DNA of 32,000 bases, taken from contig JADHVG010000004.1 of the NCBI GenBank assembly GCA_016784105.1, positions 1-32,000 on the forward strand, in the 5' to 3' direction. This DNA is from Candidatus Woesearchaeota archaeon (lineage in GTDB: Archaea > Nanobdellota > Nanobdellia > Woesearchaeales > GW2011-AR4). Below, piece after piece: positions 19,411 through 28,169 of this stretch. The notes under the pieces are model-generated. The model was not told the DNA's origin. It did not search any database and saw nothing but the letters and a program-made list of their open reading frames with translations. The first letter of the stretch is position 1. The number at the start of each line of letters is the position of its first letter. The position numbers and the translations under genes were made by a program.

Positions 19411-19485
19411 TTTATATTTAAGAACTCTACAGTTTGAGATATTTAAGTTATATTTAAATGTTATGGTTTGCATTAAACCAATTGG

Positions 19486-19776
19486 CTAATTACCTTTCAA
19501 TGCATTCAAAACTTCTCGAAATTCAGTATCGTTAAGCGGTCTAAGAATTGATGGGTCAATGTTCCACTTAATATCTGGAACTCCGTTCTCAACTTTAAAA
19601 GGATCATTAAATAATCCTCTCGTAGATTCTGCATTCATATCTTCTGCAAGTTCTTGGGGGGTTTTTCTATAAACTGTGGAACTGCCTCTACCACAATCCC
19701 ATGGCCTACGGTATCCATATTCTTGTGCTCCAGAATGGTAGACTAAGGAAGTGTTAGCATCATTATTTTCTGCCAT
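19486..19776 (-). CDS. hypothetical protein (96 aa)
   Basis: The ORF starts 5 nt after the trmB-like TAA. No recognisable motif. Confidence 0.45.
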   Translation of the reverse strand: MAENNDANTSLVYHSGAQEYGYRRPWDCGRGSSTVYRKTPQELAEDMNAESTRGLFNDPFKVENGVPDIKWNIDPSILRPLNDTEFREVLNALKGN

Positions 19777-19781
19777 TTTTT

Positions 19782-20543
19782 TTATCTAGAACTATTCTCG
19801 AACATCTGAGTTAGAGCAGACACAAAATAAGGGCTTTTTATCCATACTCCTGCATCGTATTCTGGGGATGCTCCCGCCATGATGAAGAATATTTCATTGT
19901 CATCTACGCTGACAAATCTTGCGTCGTAATTTGTGTTTACAACTTCAACATTGTTGACATCAATTTTTACATCTGATGCATTAGTGTAAAGTTTTGTTTG
20001 AACTTTATTTTTGATAAGGTTGCTGTTGGTTTTTCTTAGCACTTTTAGTTTGTGTTTTATTCCTTCGTTATCGGTTACTATCAGGGCTTTTTCTTTTGCT
20101 CTCATAAGCATGTCTTTCATGAATCTGTTAACGTTACTTCTTCCCACAACCGAATCAGTTATGCTTTCAATATCAACCTTTTTGATTCCGGTTTTGTGTA
20201 GTAATTCCAGTTCTTTGAACAGGTCAGTCTCGCTTAGATTTTCCACAATCTTTATTTGTTCATCTGCTTCTCTTTGAAGTTTGTTCTTTACTCTGTCCAC
20301 AACAGCATCTGGCTGCACAGCAATATATTTTATTGGTTTCCCAACCTTCATGATTATGAATCCTTTCTTTTCAAGACTTTCTAGAACGTCATAGCACCTG
20401 CTTCTTGGAACTCCGCTTATGTCTGCAAGTTCGGATGCTGCTGCAATCCCTCTGCTTAGGAGTGCAGTCCATATTTTTACTTCATAAATGTTTAATTTGA
20501 ATCTTTGCCGTAACTCGTTCAGAGTTTCATTTTGCATTATCAT
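19782..20543 (-). CDS. TrmB-family transcriptional regulator
   Basis: An N-terminal wHTH (LNIYEVKIWTALLSRGIAAASELADISGVPRSRCYDVLESLEKKGF) plus a TrmB-type C-terminal domain. The TATA ctttataaac ends 24 nt upstream of the ATG. Confidence 0.8.
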   Translation of the reverse strand: MIMQNETLNELRQRFKLNIYEVKIWTALLSRGIAAASELADISGVPRSRCYDVLESLEKKGFIIMKVGKPIKYIAVQPDAVVDRVKNKLQREADEQIKIVENLSETDLFKELELLHKTGIKKVDIESITDSVVGRSNVNRFMKDMLMRAKEKALIVTDNEGIKHKLKVLRKTNSNLIKNKVQTKLYTNASDVKIDVNNVEVVNTNYDARFVSVDDNEIFFIMAGASPEYDAGVWIKSPYFVSALTQMFENSSR

Positions 20544-20566
20544 TTTAGTCTAAGTATGTGTAATTT

Positions 20567-20580
20567 GTTTATAAAGGTTT
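20567..20580 (-). promoter_or_regulatory. BRE/TATA box of the TrmB-family gene
   Basis: The minus strand reads aaacctttataaac, ending 24 nt before ATG 20543. Confidence 0.5.
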
Positions 20581-21363
20581 CTATTGTTTGTTACTTTGGA
20601 GTGAGGACATTTTTTGCTGTTGCTTTTTGTATGCGTCTTTCATGTCTCTGAGCTCTCCATTTTGTATTAATATACTAGCTTCATAACCCGTTGGCAATTT
20701 CATTAATTTGTCTCCCCAAACTGTACCTTTAGCCACAATTCTAAATTTAGTTCCATCCACTTCAAAATTAAGATAGGATCTGTTTATCTTTCCGTCTTTC
20801 TTTCCGTCTTTCACATGAATTCTTCTAGTATAATCTCTTCTGCGAAATCTGCTCTTGATAGAGTGATAGAACGTTATCCGTGGTGAAACTCCATTAAAAA
20901 GATACATGTCACTTGATTCGGGATCAAATTCATCTATAGAATCAACAGGTATAACTTTATCTCCAAACTTTTTGTCGCTTCCGGTAGGATTATCCGTAAA
21001 TTTTTGAAACCTTGTGTAGACGTGACCATCTGGTTCGAACGGTCCATCAGAATCTCTTATTGCAGTGTATGCATTTATTGCATTCCACACAGCAGTTGCT
21101 TCTGCGGCAAGGCTTAGAACCCCTAACCCCCCACCCACAAGGACTTGGGCTATTCCCTTTTGTAAGCCATCTAATTCTTCCCAGACAGAATTTAGTGTTT
21201 CAAATCCTCCAGAAAAAATTTCGTAATCAAGAAATCCCAAACCAACACCTACTAAAGCTGAAGTTCCAGCAACTATTGCTTGGATACTTCCATCTTTTTT
21301 ATAATTTATTGGATTCTCTTCACACTTTGTTTCTAAAGTTTCTTTTGCTGTTAGAAATTCCAT
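20581..21363 (-). CDS. hypothetical membrane protein (two Gly-rich TM helices plus a ~150-aa C-terminal domain)
   Basis: The hydrophobic segments are IVAGTSALVGVGLGFL and VLVGGGLGVLSLAAEATAVW. The basic beta-rich C-terminal part has no recognised family. Confidence 0.5.
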   Translation of the reverse strand: MEFLTAKETLETKCEENPINYKKDGSIQAIVAGTSALVGVGLGFLDYEIFSGGFETLNSVWEELDGLQKGIAQVLVGGGLGVLSLAAEATAVWNAINAYTAIRDSDGPFEPDGHVYTRFQKFTDNPTGSDKKFGDKVIPVDSIDEFDPESSDMYLFNGVSPRITFYHSIKSRFRRRDYTRRIHVKDGKKDGKINRSYLNFEVDGTKFRIVAKGTVWGDKLMKLPTGYEASILIQNGELRDMKDAYKKQQQKMSSLQSNKQ

Positions 21364-21437
21364 TTATATTTCCTCAATAAGGTTAAAACATTTTTTAGAA
21401 AAAAAAGCAAATAAAAAAAAGAAATCAAAAAGAGCTT

Positions 21438-22490
21438 TTAGCTCCTTTTTCTGACAACCATAACTACAATTACTATTGCAGCTAAAACAAGCAGTATTTC
21501 TCCAACAATCAAAGCTACTAATAGTCCGTTTCCGGATGATTTAGTTTCTTCTTGTGTTAGTGTTGGTGTTGTTACTGGCTGTGCAACTGCTTCTGTTGGT
21601 GCTGTGGTTACAGGAGGTTGTACAACAACTACTTCTGAGTCATCTTCTTCCTCTTCAACAGTTTTTAGCGCTTCACAAGACCTAACAAGAAGGTCTGCTG
21701 TTTCGGTTTCAGTGTCAGATCCGTCATCAAAAGTTACTTTTGATGTTATTGGATAGACTCCAGGACTAACTGAATCTTCAACTGTAAAAGTGAAGGTTTT
21801 CCTGAACTTACTATCGTCATCAAATGGATCGTCGCTTAGGTCAAAAGTTTCCCTAAAGTTAACACCTAGAGCAGCGTTTGAAACTTCTAGTGAAGCATCT
21901 TCCTGTTCATCGTTTCCGATGTTCATGACAGTTGTTGACAGTTGTGTGGTTCTGCTGCATGTGACTTCGGAAGGGGTCAGGTCATTCCTGTGTATCCTTA
22001 CTGCGTTGTCTTCCTTCTCAACTTCTATCTCCAAGTCCATCTTTGCTTCATGAGAACCGTTATTGTCAGTATCTCCTTCAACTTCGATCAAAACATCGAA
22101 AGTATCTTCGTCAACTTCCCATGGGATCTGTATTCTGATTTTGACATCTTCAGTATCGTCAGCGTCAATGTCGAATTCTTTAGCTTCTTCATCGATCTCA
22201 TCTCCATCATCAATATCTTGGATGGTGACTGTTATCTGGACATCTTCTATCTCGATGTCTTCTGAATTGGTATAGTTATTGTAAACTTCAATATTAAACT
22301 CAACAATATCTCCAGGTTTAGCTTCTTCACTTATCTTATCTCCGTCTTCCAGGTTTTTATCAGATTTACTGCCGACTTTTACGTCAACATCCGAAATGTA
22401 GAGTTTTCCTCCACTTACTATTTCTCCTACGTTAGTTTCTGCTGCGAAAGCAAAAGGTACCATAAGAGCTATTAAAAAAATTCCAACCAT
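21438..22490 (-). CDS. secreted, extremely acidic surface protein with a C-terminal membrane anchor
   Basis: Signal peptide MVGIFLIALMVPFAFAAE, then Asp/Glu-rich beta-sandwich-like (CARDB-like) repeats, a Pro/Thr/Val linker, the TM segment LLVALIVGEILLVLAAIVIVVMVV, and a terminal RKRS. Confidence 0.65.
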   Translation of the reverse strand: MVGIFLIALMVPFAFAAETNVGEIVSGGKLYISDVDVKVGSKSDKNLEDGDKISEEAKPGDIVEFNIEVYNNYTNSEDIEIEDVQITVTIQDIDDGDEIDEEAKEFDIDADDTEDVKIRIQIPWEVDEDTFDVLIEVEGDTDNNGSHEAKMDLEIEVEKEDNAVRIHRNDLTPSEVTCSRTTQLSTTVMNIGNDEQEDASLEVSNAALGVNFRETFDLSDDPFDDDSKFRKTFTFTVEDSVSPGVYPITSKVTFDDGSDTETETADLLVRSCEALKTVEEEEDDSEVVVVQPPVTTAPTEAVAQPVTTPTLTQEETKSSGNGLLVALIVGEILLVLAAIVIVVMVVRKRS

Positions 22491-22628
22491 TAATTTTATT
22501 CCTTTAATTTTAATCCCCCCGATAGTTCATTATTAATTTTAATATATGCCATGAAAACCACAACTAATATATAAATCTTTTGTTATTGGACAATAGTAAT
22601 AGATAGGTAGTTATTGGGAAGTAGTGTA

Positions 22629-22922
22629 TTATCTAGTTCCACTGAACTGATAGTGATCTGTCCTATACTCCACATTGGCATAATGAGCTCTTCCTCTACC
22701 CTTATCTTTTCCAGTACTGAGTAATCTTGCATCAAGATTGGCATGGATAGTTGTAAAGCTTCCTGTTTGTGTCAATTCCATAGCAGAGCTATCATTCCTA
22801 TTAATAACTACCTCGGCAAGTGATTGTTTAGAAGAAATATTTTTGAATAAAATGTGAACATCTGGTCCAACACCAACAAATACTCCCGTATTCCCCATGT
22901 TTGATTTTTTTTGGATAAGCAT
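22629..22922 (-). CDS. hypothetical protein (97 aa)
   Basis: The ORF has a minus-strand ttttaaataac box (22941-22951) 18-19 nt upstream of its ATG. No family recognised. Confidence 0.4.
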   Translation of the reverse strand: MLIQKKSNMGNTGVFVGVGPDVHILFKNISSKQSLAEVVINRNDSSAMELTQTGSFTTIHANLDARLLSTGKDKGRGRAHYANVEYRTDHYQFSGTR

Positions 22923-22954
22923 ATTAGTCGGGGATTATCAGTTATTTAAAAATT

Positions 22955-24388
22955 TTAATAAGCTTTAGCAAAGTAAACAAGATGTTTTGCTTCTTTATTG
23001 CAATGGACACACTTCCCTAGATCTGATGGTTGATTAAAGGGTATGACTCTGGAAGTAACTCCATTAGTTTTTTCTTTAATGTCTTCCTCACATTTAGAAT
23101 CTCCACAAAAGAAAGTCTTAATCATCTTTCTTTCTTTCGCTTCATTAACAAACTCTTTCCAATCTTTAACCTCGATAGTATTTTCTTCTAAAAATTCTTT
23201 GGCTTTAATAAACAGGGAATCTTGCATCTTATCCAGCAATTCTCTTGTCTTTTTTTCTATTTGGTCTTCTCTGACAAATTCCTTCTCGGAAGTATCTCTT
23301 CTTACAATTACAACCTGGCCTTTTTCCATGTCCCTAGGCCCAATTTCTATCCTTAATGGTATCCCCTTTAGTTCCCATTCATTGTACTTCCAGCCTGGAC
23401 TATAGCCTTCTCTATCATCAATAGCAGCCGAAAAAGATTTCATTTTATTCTTAATCTCATTGGCTTTCTTGATTATTTCTTCTTTGTTTTCTTTTTTGAA
23501 TATAGGTACTATGACTGCTTGCGTCGATGCAACTCTAGGAGGTAATACTAGACCCTTATCATCGCTATGCACCATTATCAATGCTCCGATCATTCTGGTA
23601 GAGATTCCCCACGAATTTTGCCAGGGAGTGTTTTCTTTTTCATCCTTTCCAAGAAATTTGATTCCAAATCCTTTTGCAAAGTTCTGTCCAAGATTATGTG
23701 ATGTGCCCATCTGTAAAGCTTTTCCATCAGGCATCAAAGCTTCTATCGCATAGGTCCTTTTTGCTCCTGCAAAACGTTCCATCTTGGTTTTTTCTCCTGG
23801 GATGACCGGAATAGCAAGTAACTCCTCTGCAACTCGTTTATATTCATCAAGATACTGTAAGGTTTCTTTTTCGCATTCTTCTTCTGTTTCATATACACAA
23901 TGTCCTTCCTGCCAAAGAAACTCGCGAGTTCTTAAAAATAGTTTAGTTTGCTTGACTTCCCACCTAAGAATGTTGCACCATTGGTTGATACGTAAAGGAA
24001 GGTCTCTCCATGACCGGATCCAATTGCTATAAGCATCGTACATGATAGTTTCGGATGTAGGCCTTATTGCTAATTTCTCTTCTTCATCTTTTTTTTCTAT
24101 CCACGCTAATTCCGGACTAAAACCTTCCGCATGTTCTGATTCCTTTTTAAAAAATGATTCTGGGATGAGTAAGGGAAAGTAAGCATTTCTGACTCCCAGT
24201 TTCTTTATATTAGCATCAAAAAACCCCTGAATTTTTTCCCAGATACTATACCCTTCAGGTCTGATTATCATGAACCCTTTTATCGGAGAGTGTTCTGCCA
24301 ACTGTGCCTTGATAACTACTTCATTGTACCACTCCGAGAATTCTTCTGATTTCTTTACTTTGATTCCTAGTTGTTCTTCTTTGGCCAT
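22955..24388 (-). CDS. proS: proline--tRNA ligase, archaeal/eukaryotic type
   Basis: 477 aa with FSEWYNEVVIKAQL, IRPEGYSIWE, RPTSET, LRINQWCNILRWE, FLWQEGH, a class II core, an anticodon-binding domain and a C-terminal Zn-binding tail (CGDSKCE...CVHC). Confidence 0.92.
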   Translation of the reverse strand: MAKEEQLGIKVKKSEEFSEWYNEVVIKAQLAEHSPIKGFMIIRPEGYSIWEKIQGFFDANIKKLGVRNAYFPLLIPESFFKKESEHAEGFSPELAWIEKKDEEEKLAIRPTSETIMYDAYSNWIRSWRDLPLRINQWCNILRWEVKQTKLFLRTREFLWQEGHCVYETEEECEKETLQYLDEYKRVAEELLAIPVIPGEKTKMERFAGAKRTYAIEALMPDGKALQMGTSHNLGQNFAKGFGIKFLGKDEKENTPWQNSWGISTRMIGALIMVHSDDKGLVLPPRVASTQAVIVPIFKKENKEEIIKKANEIKNKMKSFSAAIDDREGYSPGWKYNEWELKGIPLRIEIGPRDMEKGQVVIVRRDTSEKEFVREDQIEKKTRELLDKMQDSLFIKAKEFLEENTIEVKDWKEFVNEAKERKMIKTFFCGDSKCEEDIKEKTNGVTSRVIPFNQPSDLGKCVHCNKEAKHLVYFAKAY

Positions 24389-24409
24389 TCTAAAATTTCT
24401 TTCAATTAC

Positions 24410-25252
24410 CTATTTAAAGTTTTTGGGAAGGAATAAAGTTCCAAGAGGTTCACCTGAAAGCATTCTATCAATTCCAGATTCTTGTTTCCCTCCAAGGTGT
24501 ATAACATACATTCCATTTTCAAGAGCTTCTTTTGTGGCCTTCAGTTTTGATTTTGGACCACCTTTACCCATGCTAGATTTTTCTTCCGAAACATGATCCC
24601 ACATATAATTCGGATTATCAACCACATGAAACTTTTCTCCATTACCTTCCCTTAAGAATCCGTCTTTTTCTGTAAGCATAATAATGACTTCTATCCCTAA
24701 TGGTATGGCTGCCATCACGGAAAGTTGATCATTGTCTCCAAACCTCATCCCATTTTTTTGTTCTATTTCTTCCGTTGCCACAACATCATTCTCATTTAAT
24801 ATGGGGAGGCCTCCAAGTTGATAAGTCCAGTTAACAGCTTTCTTGAAATTTTCCAATCTTTCCTTATTTCTTAACTGATCATATGTGAGCAACATTTGCG
24901 CTCCTGCAATTCCATGCTTTTCCAGCTGTTCACAATAATGACTCATCAATCTTGCTTGACCTATTGCTGCAAGACCTTGATCCATACCGAGAGTTTCTTC
25001 CATGTGAACTGTGTAATCTGGAGATACAGATTTGCCTATTCCTATTGCTCCAGAACTCACGATAACTACTTTCTTGTCTTGTTTGTGCAGTCTTGCTGCT
25101 TGGTTCGCTATATCATCTATTCTCAATACATCTATTTCTTTGTTAGCATCTGTCAATACGTTAGTCCCTACTTTTATCAAAAATGAGTTTTTAGTAGCAA
25201 TAAGCGTGTTGTACATTTCTGACAATTGTGCCATATCATAGTCATTCATCAT
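24410..25252 (-). CDS. proB: glutamate 5-kinase (no PUA domain)
   Basis: Collinear with E. coli ProB as I recall it: IKVGTNVLT, VVIVSSGAIGIG, GQARLM, AQMLLT, PILNENDVVATEEI, FGDNDQLS, LTEKDG, GKGGPKSKLKA, GTLF. The start is taken at ATG 25252; the track start at 25261 is a TTG. Confidence 0.8.
   Translation of the reverse strand: MMNDYDMAQLSEMYNTLIATKNSFLIKVGTNVLTDANKEIDVLRIDDIANQAARLHKQDKKVVIVSSGAIGIGKSVSPDYTVHMEETLGMDQGLAAIGQARLMSHYCEQLEKHGIAGAQMLLTYDQLRNKERLENFKKAVNWTYQLGGLPILNENDVVATEEIEQKNGMRFGDNDQLSVMAAIPLGIEVIIMLTEKDGFLREGNGEKFHVVDNPNYMWDHVSEEKSSMGKGGPKSKLKATKEALENGMYVIHLGGKQESGIDRMLSGEPLGTLFLPKNFK
24411..24419 (-). promoter_or_regulatory. TATA box of proS, overlapping the proB stop codon
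   Basis: The minus strand reads ctttaaata, ending 23 nt before ATG 24388. Confidence 0.4.
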
Positions 25253-25426
25253 ATTCACCAAAAATTATCACCAAACGTTTTTTTTTTTTTTATTGAACTA
25301 AATAAGTAAATGCAGAACTAATATCTCGGTCTCGGAAATGTTTTCATATTTTTAGCTAATCTTATTTTTTTTATAAACATTTTGTTTTGGAAAAGCTTTA
25401 TAAACAAGATATAAACTAAAGTGTTT

Positions 25427-26179
25427 ATGTTAGAAGTATGGATTTACACATTAGTCAGCGTTTTTATCGTGAGTATGATTTCTTTGATTGGTGTAATCAC
25501 AATTTCAATTAAAACAGAGAAACTGCATAAGTTTCTTATCTATATGGTAAGTTTTTCTGCAGGAGCTTTATTAGGGGATGTGTTCATCCATCTGCTCCCT
25601 GAATTAATTGAAGAATCTGGTTTTGGAATAAATGTATCTCTGTACATTTTACTTGGAATATTATTTTCTTTTGTAATAGAAAAGTTTGTGCACTGGCATC
25701 ATTGTCATCTTCCTATAACCAAGCAACACGTGCATTCTTTTGCGGTCATGAACCTTGTTGGAGATTTTGTGCACAACTTTATAGATGGGATAATTATTGG
25801 TGTAAGTTATTTAATTAACATCCCTGTTGGGATTGCTACTACTGTTGCCGTTATCTTGCACGAGATTCCTCAGGAAATATCTGATTTTGGAGTATTATTA
25901 CATGGAGGTTTTTCAAAATCTAAAGCCTTGTTTTATAATTTCATAACTGCTATAACTTCTATTCTTGGAGCAGTACTAGCTCTATTTATTGGATCAAGGA
26001 TAGAGGGCATAACTCCCATATTAATAGCTTTGACTGCAGGAAGTTTCATCTACATAGCAGGTTCAGATCTAATTCCAGAACTGCATAAGGAAGAGTTCAA
26101 GTGGAAAAGTTCACTATTACAATTAGTTTCTATAACTCTTGGAATAGCAATCATGTTTGTTTTATTGTTCCTAGAATAA
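25427..26179 (+). CDS. ZIP-family divalent metal (zinc) transporter
   Basis: Multi-TM protein with GDVFIHLLPE, HNFIDGIIIG and HEIPQEISDFGVLL signatures of ZIP/ZupT transporters. ATG 25427 lies 22 nt after the TATA ctttataaac. The track starts at GTG 25421. Confidence 0.85.
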   Translation: MLEVWIYTLVSVFIVSMISLIGVITISIKTEKLHKFLIYMVSFSAGALLGDVFIHLLPELIEESGFGINVSLYILLGILFSFVIEKFVHWHHCHLPITKQHVHSFAVMNLVGDFVHNFIDGIIIGVSYLINIPVGIATTVAVILHEIPQEISDFGVLLHGGFSKSKALFYNFITAITSILGAVLALFIGSRIEGITPILIALTAGSFIYIAGSDLIPELHKEEFKWKSSLLQLVSITLGIAIMFVLLFLE

Positions 26180-26215
26180 TAATCTTTTTAATAGAAAACA
26201 AATCCCTCTTTTTTT

Positions 26216-26530
26216 ATGCCAGAAAATAATTCTCATGTTTGTGATGTCGTTGAGAAATTGAGCACTCAAGGGAGTGAAGCAATAAGATTACAATTAGGAA
26301 GAACGCATGATTCTGGAGAAGATCCAATCCCTTATATGTTGGGTCTCCTTAATGGTATAACTGGAACTCCAGGAGATGTTTTATCAATAGGAGAGAATGA
26401 ATCGTTAGAGGATAAGGGATTTAAAACAACTATTTGCGGGATAAATCTGGTTATTACCTATAACCTTGGAGACAAAACTTTTTATTTTGAAATTCGAAAT
26501 AGAGAATTTAGTCATAAGGAAACTTACTAG
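26216..26530 (+). CDS. hypothetical protein (104 aa)
   Basis: The ORF has a TATA-like ctttttaatag ending 22 nt upstream of the ATG. No family recognised. Confidence 0.45.
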   Translation: MPENNSHVCDVVEKLSTQGSEAIRLQLGRTHDSGEDPIPYMLGLLNGITGTPGDVLSIGENESLEDKGFKTTICGINLVITYNLGDKTFYFEIRNREFSHKETY

Positions 26531-26536
26531 GATTAT

Positions 26537-27493
26537 TTAACTAGTTATTTGTTCACGATATTGATTTATTATATCATCAACGATTTCTTTAACAACATTT
26601 GATTCAATTGCAAAACCTAAGCCTTCAAAGCCTCCGATCTTGAAATTATTTAGTCCTATGATTCTGGAGTTTGTATCGACTAATGGACCTCCGGAATTTC
26701 CTGGGTTGATAGGAACGTCCGTTTGTATGTATATGCTTAAATCATTAGGCCCTTTTCTTTTTAGGGCAGATACAATGCCTTCAGTAACGGTAAACGATAG
26801 ACCAACCGGATTTCCAAGAGCAATAACTCTTTCTCCAACATTAACATCATCAGAATCTTCGAATCTTAATGTATCAAGCGAAGCATCCACTTTTAGAACC
26901 GCAACGTCTACCACCTCATCGAACCCTATTAATGAAGCATCGTAAACTTCTCCTGAGTTGGTTAACACTCTGATTATTGTTGCACCATCAATCACGTGAT
27001 GGTTTGTAACTATGAACCCTTCACCATCTATGACTGCTCCGCTTCCCTGACCTACATTTGTGCCTATGCTCACAACAGATTTAAGAACCTCATTTATTAT
27101 GCTTGAGAAGTCAGTGCTTTCAACTTGAATTGTGCTTATCTCTTCTTTTAGTTCATTAAGTTTTATGTCGCTTTGTTTTTCTATCTCATCTATCAAAGAG
27201 TTGATAGTTTTAATGTCCTTATCATTTTTTTTCCTGAAATTTTGAAGATTGTTATCAACTAAACCAATCTCCATGCTCAGATTATTTTTTAGGGATGTGA
27301 ATGTTTGATCCACATCTTCTTGTAAGGTGTTTATGTTTCCAAGAATGTCCTTGTTTAACAGCACTAGCCTTGTGTCGAAGTTTTCATTCAAGACTTTTAT
27401 TTGATTATTATAATAATAAACAATTCCGGAAACTACAACTAACAATAACACTATTGAAATTACAAGTGCTTTGTTACTGTCTATTTTTGTCAT
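26537..27493 (-). CDS. membrane-anchored trypsin-like (S1C/HtrA-like) serine protease without a PDZ domain
   Basis: An N-terminal TM helix (ALVISIVLLLVVVSGIVYYY) and a ~110-aa Asn/Lys-rich coiled coil precede the catalytic triad contexts VTNHHVIDGA, DVAVLKV and GNSGGPLVD. The protein ends about 45 aa after the Ser. Confidence 0.8.
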   Translation of the reverse strand: MTKIDSNKALVISIVLLLVVVSGIVYYYNNQIKVLNENFDTRLVLLNKDILGNINTLQEDVDQTFTSLKNNLSMEIGLVDNNLQNFRKKNDKDIKTINSLIDEIEKQSDIKLNELKEEISTIQVESTDFSSIINEVLKSVVSIGTNVGQGSGAVIDGEGFIVTNHHVIDGATIIRVLTNSGEVYDASLIGFDEVVDVAVLKVDASLDTLRFEDSDDVNVGERVIALGNPVGLSFTVTEGIVSALKRKGPNDLSIYIQTDVPINPGNSGGPLVDTNSRIIGLNNFKIGGFEGLGFAIESNVVKEIVDDIINQYREQITS

Positions 27494-27509
27494 AACTCTT
27501 TTTTTCTTC

Positions 27510-28133
27510 TTATAAGCTTATAAAATTTTGTAAAAATAGTAAAAATATTGCTGCTCCGATAACTATTCCATAAACTTTCTTGTTCCACTTTAAAACTTTG
27601 GAACCATCAAGATTCCAGACAGGAATCATGTTGAATAGCGCTAACCAGGAATTAATAAAAAATCCATAGAATGCTACTATTTTCAAAATTCCTGTTGGAA
27701 ATGAGAACAGCATGGATAGGAACACCAGTGCCAAGATTATATTCACTATTGGTCCTGCAACGCTTATTTTTCCATTTCTAATTACTCCAACCGGACCAGA
27801 AATCATGACTGCTCCAGGAGCTGCAAAAATAAAACCGAAGAAAGACATTATTATTGCCAAAAACAGCATCTGGTCAAAGCTTCTGAATTCTGCAAAGCAC
27901 CCATATCTTTGGGCAACAAACTTGTGTCCTAGTTCATGCAGCAAGAATCCAGTACCGACTGTTATGAATGAGATTATGAATGCTTGATAGAACGGTAAAC
28001 CGATACTTGGTCTTAGGACGATCCCAAAAGCTATTGATATCGCTATCCATGCTTTAGTAAGATCGCGTATCTCGGTATCGGAAGTATTTATCTTCCCAAT
28101 GTAGAGCTGGTTTCCTCTATTAATTTTGTACAT
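27510..28133 (-). CDS. M50-family site-2 metalloprotease
   Basis: Polytopic membrane protein with HELGHKFVA (HExxH) in a TM helix and a second metal-ligand motif FNMIPVWNLDGSKV (NxxPxxxLDG). Its TATA ends 22 nt upstream of the ATG. Confidence 0.8.
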   Translation of the reverse strand: MYKINRGNQLYIGKINTSDTEIRDLTKAWIAISIAFGIVLRPSIGLPFYQAFIISFITVGTGFLLHELGHKFVAQRYGCFAEFRSFDQMLFLAIIMSFFGFIFAAPGAVMISGPVGVIRNGKISVAGPIVNIILALVFLSMLFSFPTGILKIVAFYGFFINSWLALFNMIPVWNLDGSKVLKWNKKVYGIVIGAAIFLLFLQNFISL

Positions 28134-28154
28134 AAGAAAAAAGATTAATAGCTT

Positions 28155-28165
28155 GTTTATAAATT
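28155..28165 (-). promoter_or_regulatory. TATA box of the M50 protease gene
   Basis: The minus strand reads aatttataaac, ending 22 nt before ATG 28133. Confidence 0.45.
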
Positions 28166-28169
28166 ATTT

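Noticed and set aside
21032-21040. A GGTTCGAAC T-loop-like motif occurs here.
   Set aside because: It lies inside the 260-aa minus-strand CDS, with no flanking tRNA stems on either strand.
22530-22590. An 18-codon ORF (MAYIKINNELSGGLKLKE) lies in the leader of the surface-protein gene.
   Set aside because: Its ATG is only about 15 nt from the TATA box, probably upstream of the transcription start. There is no other support.
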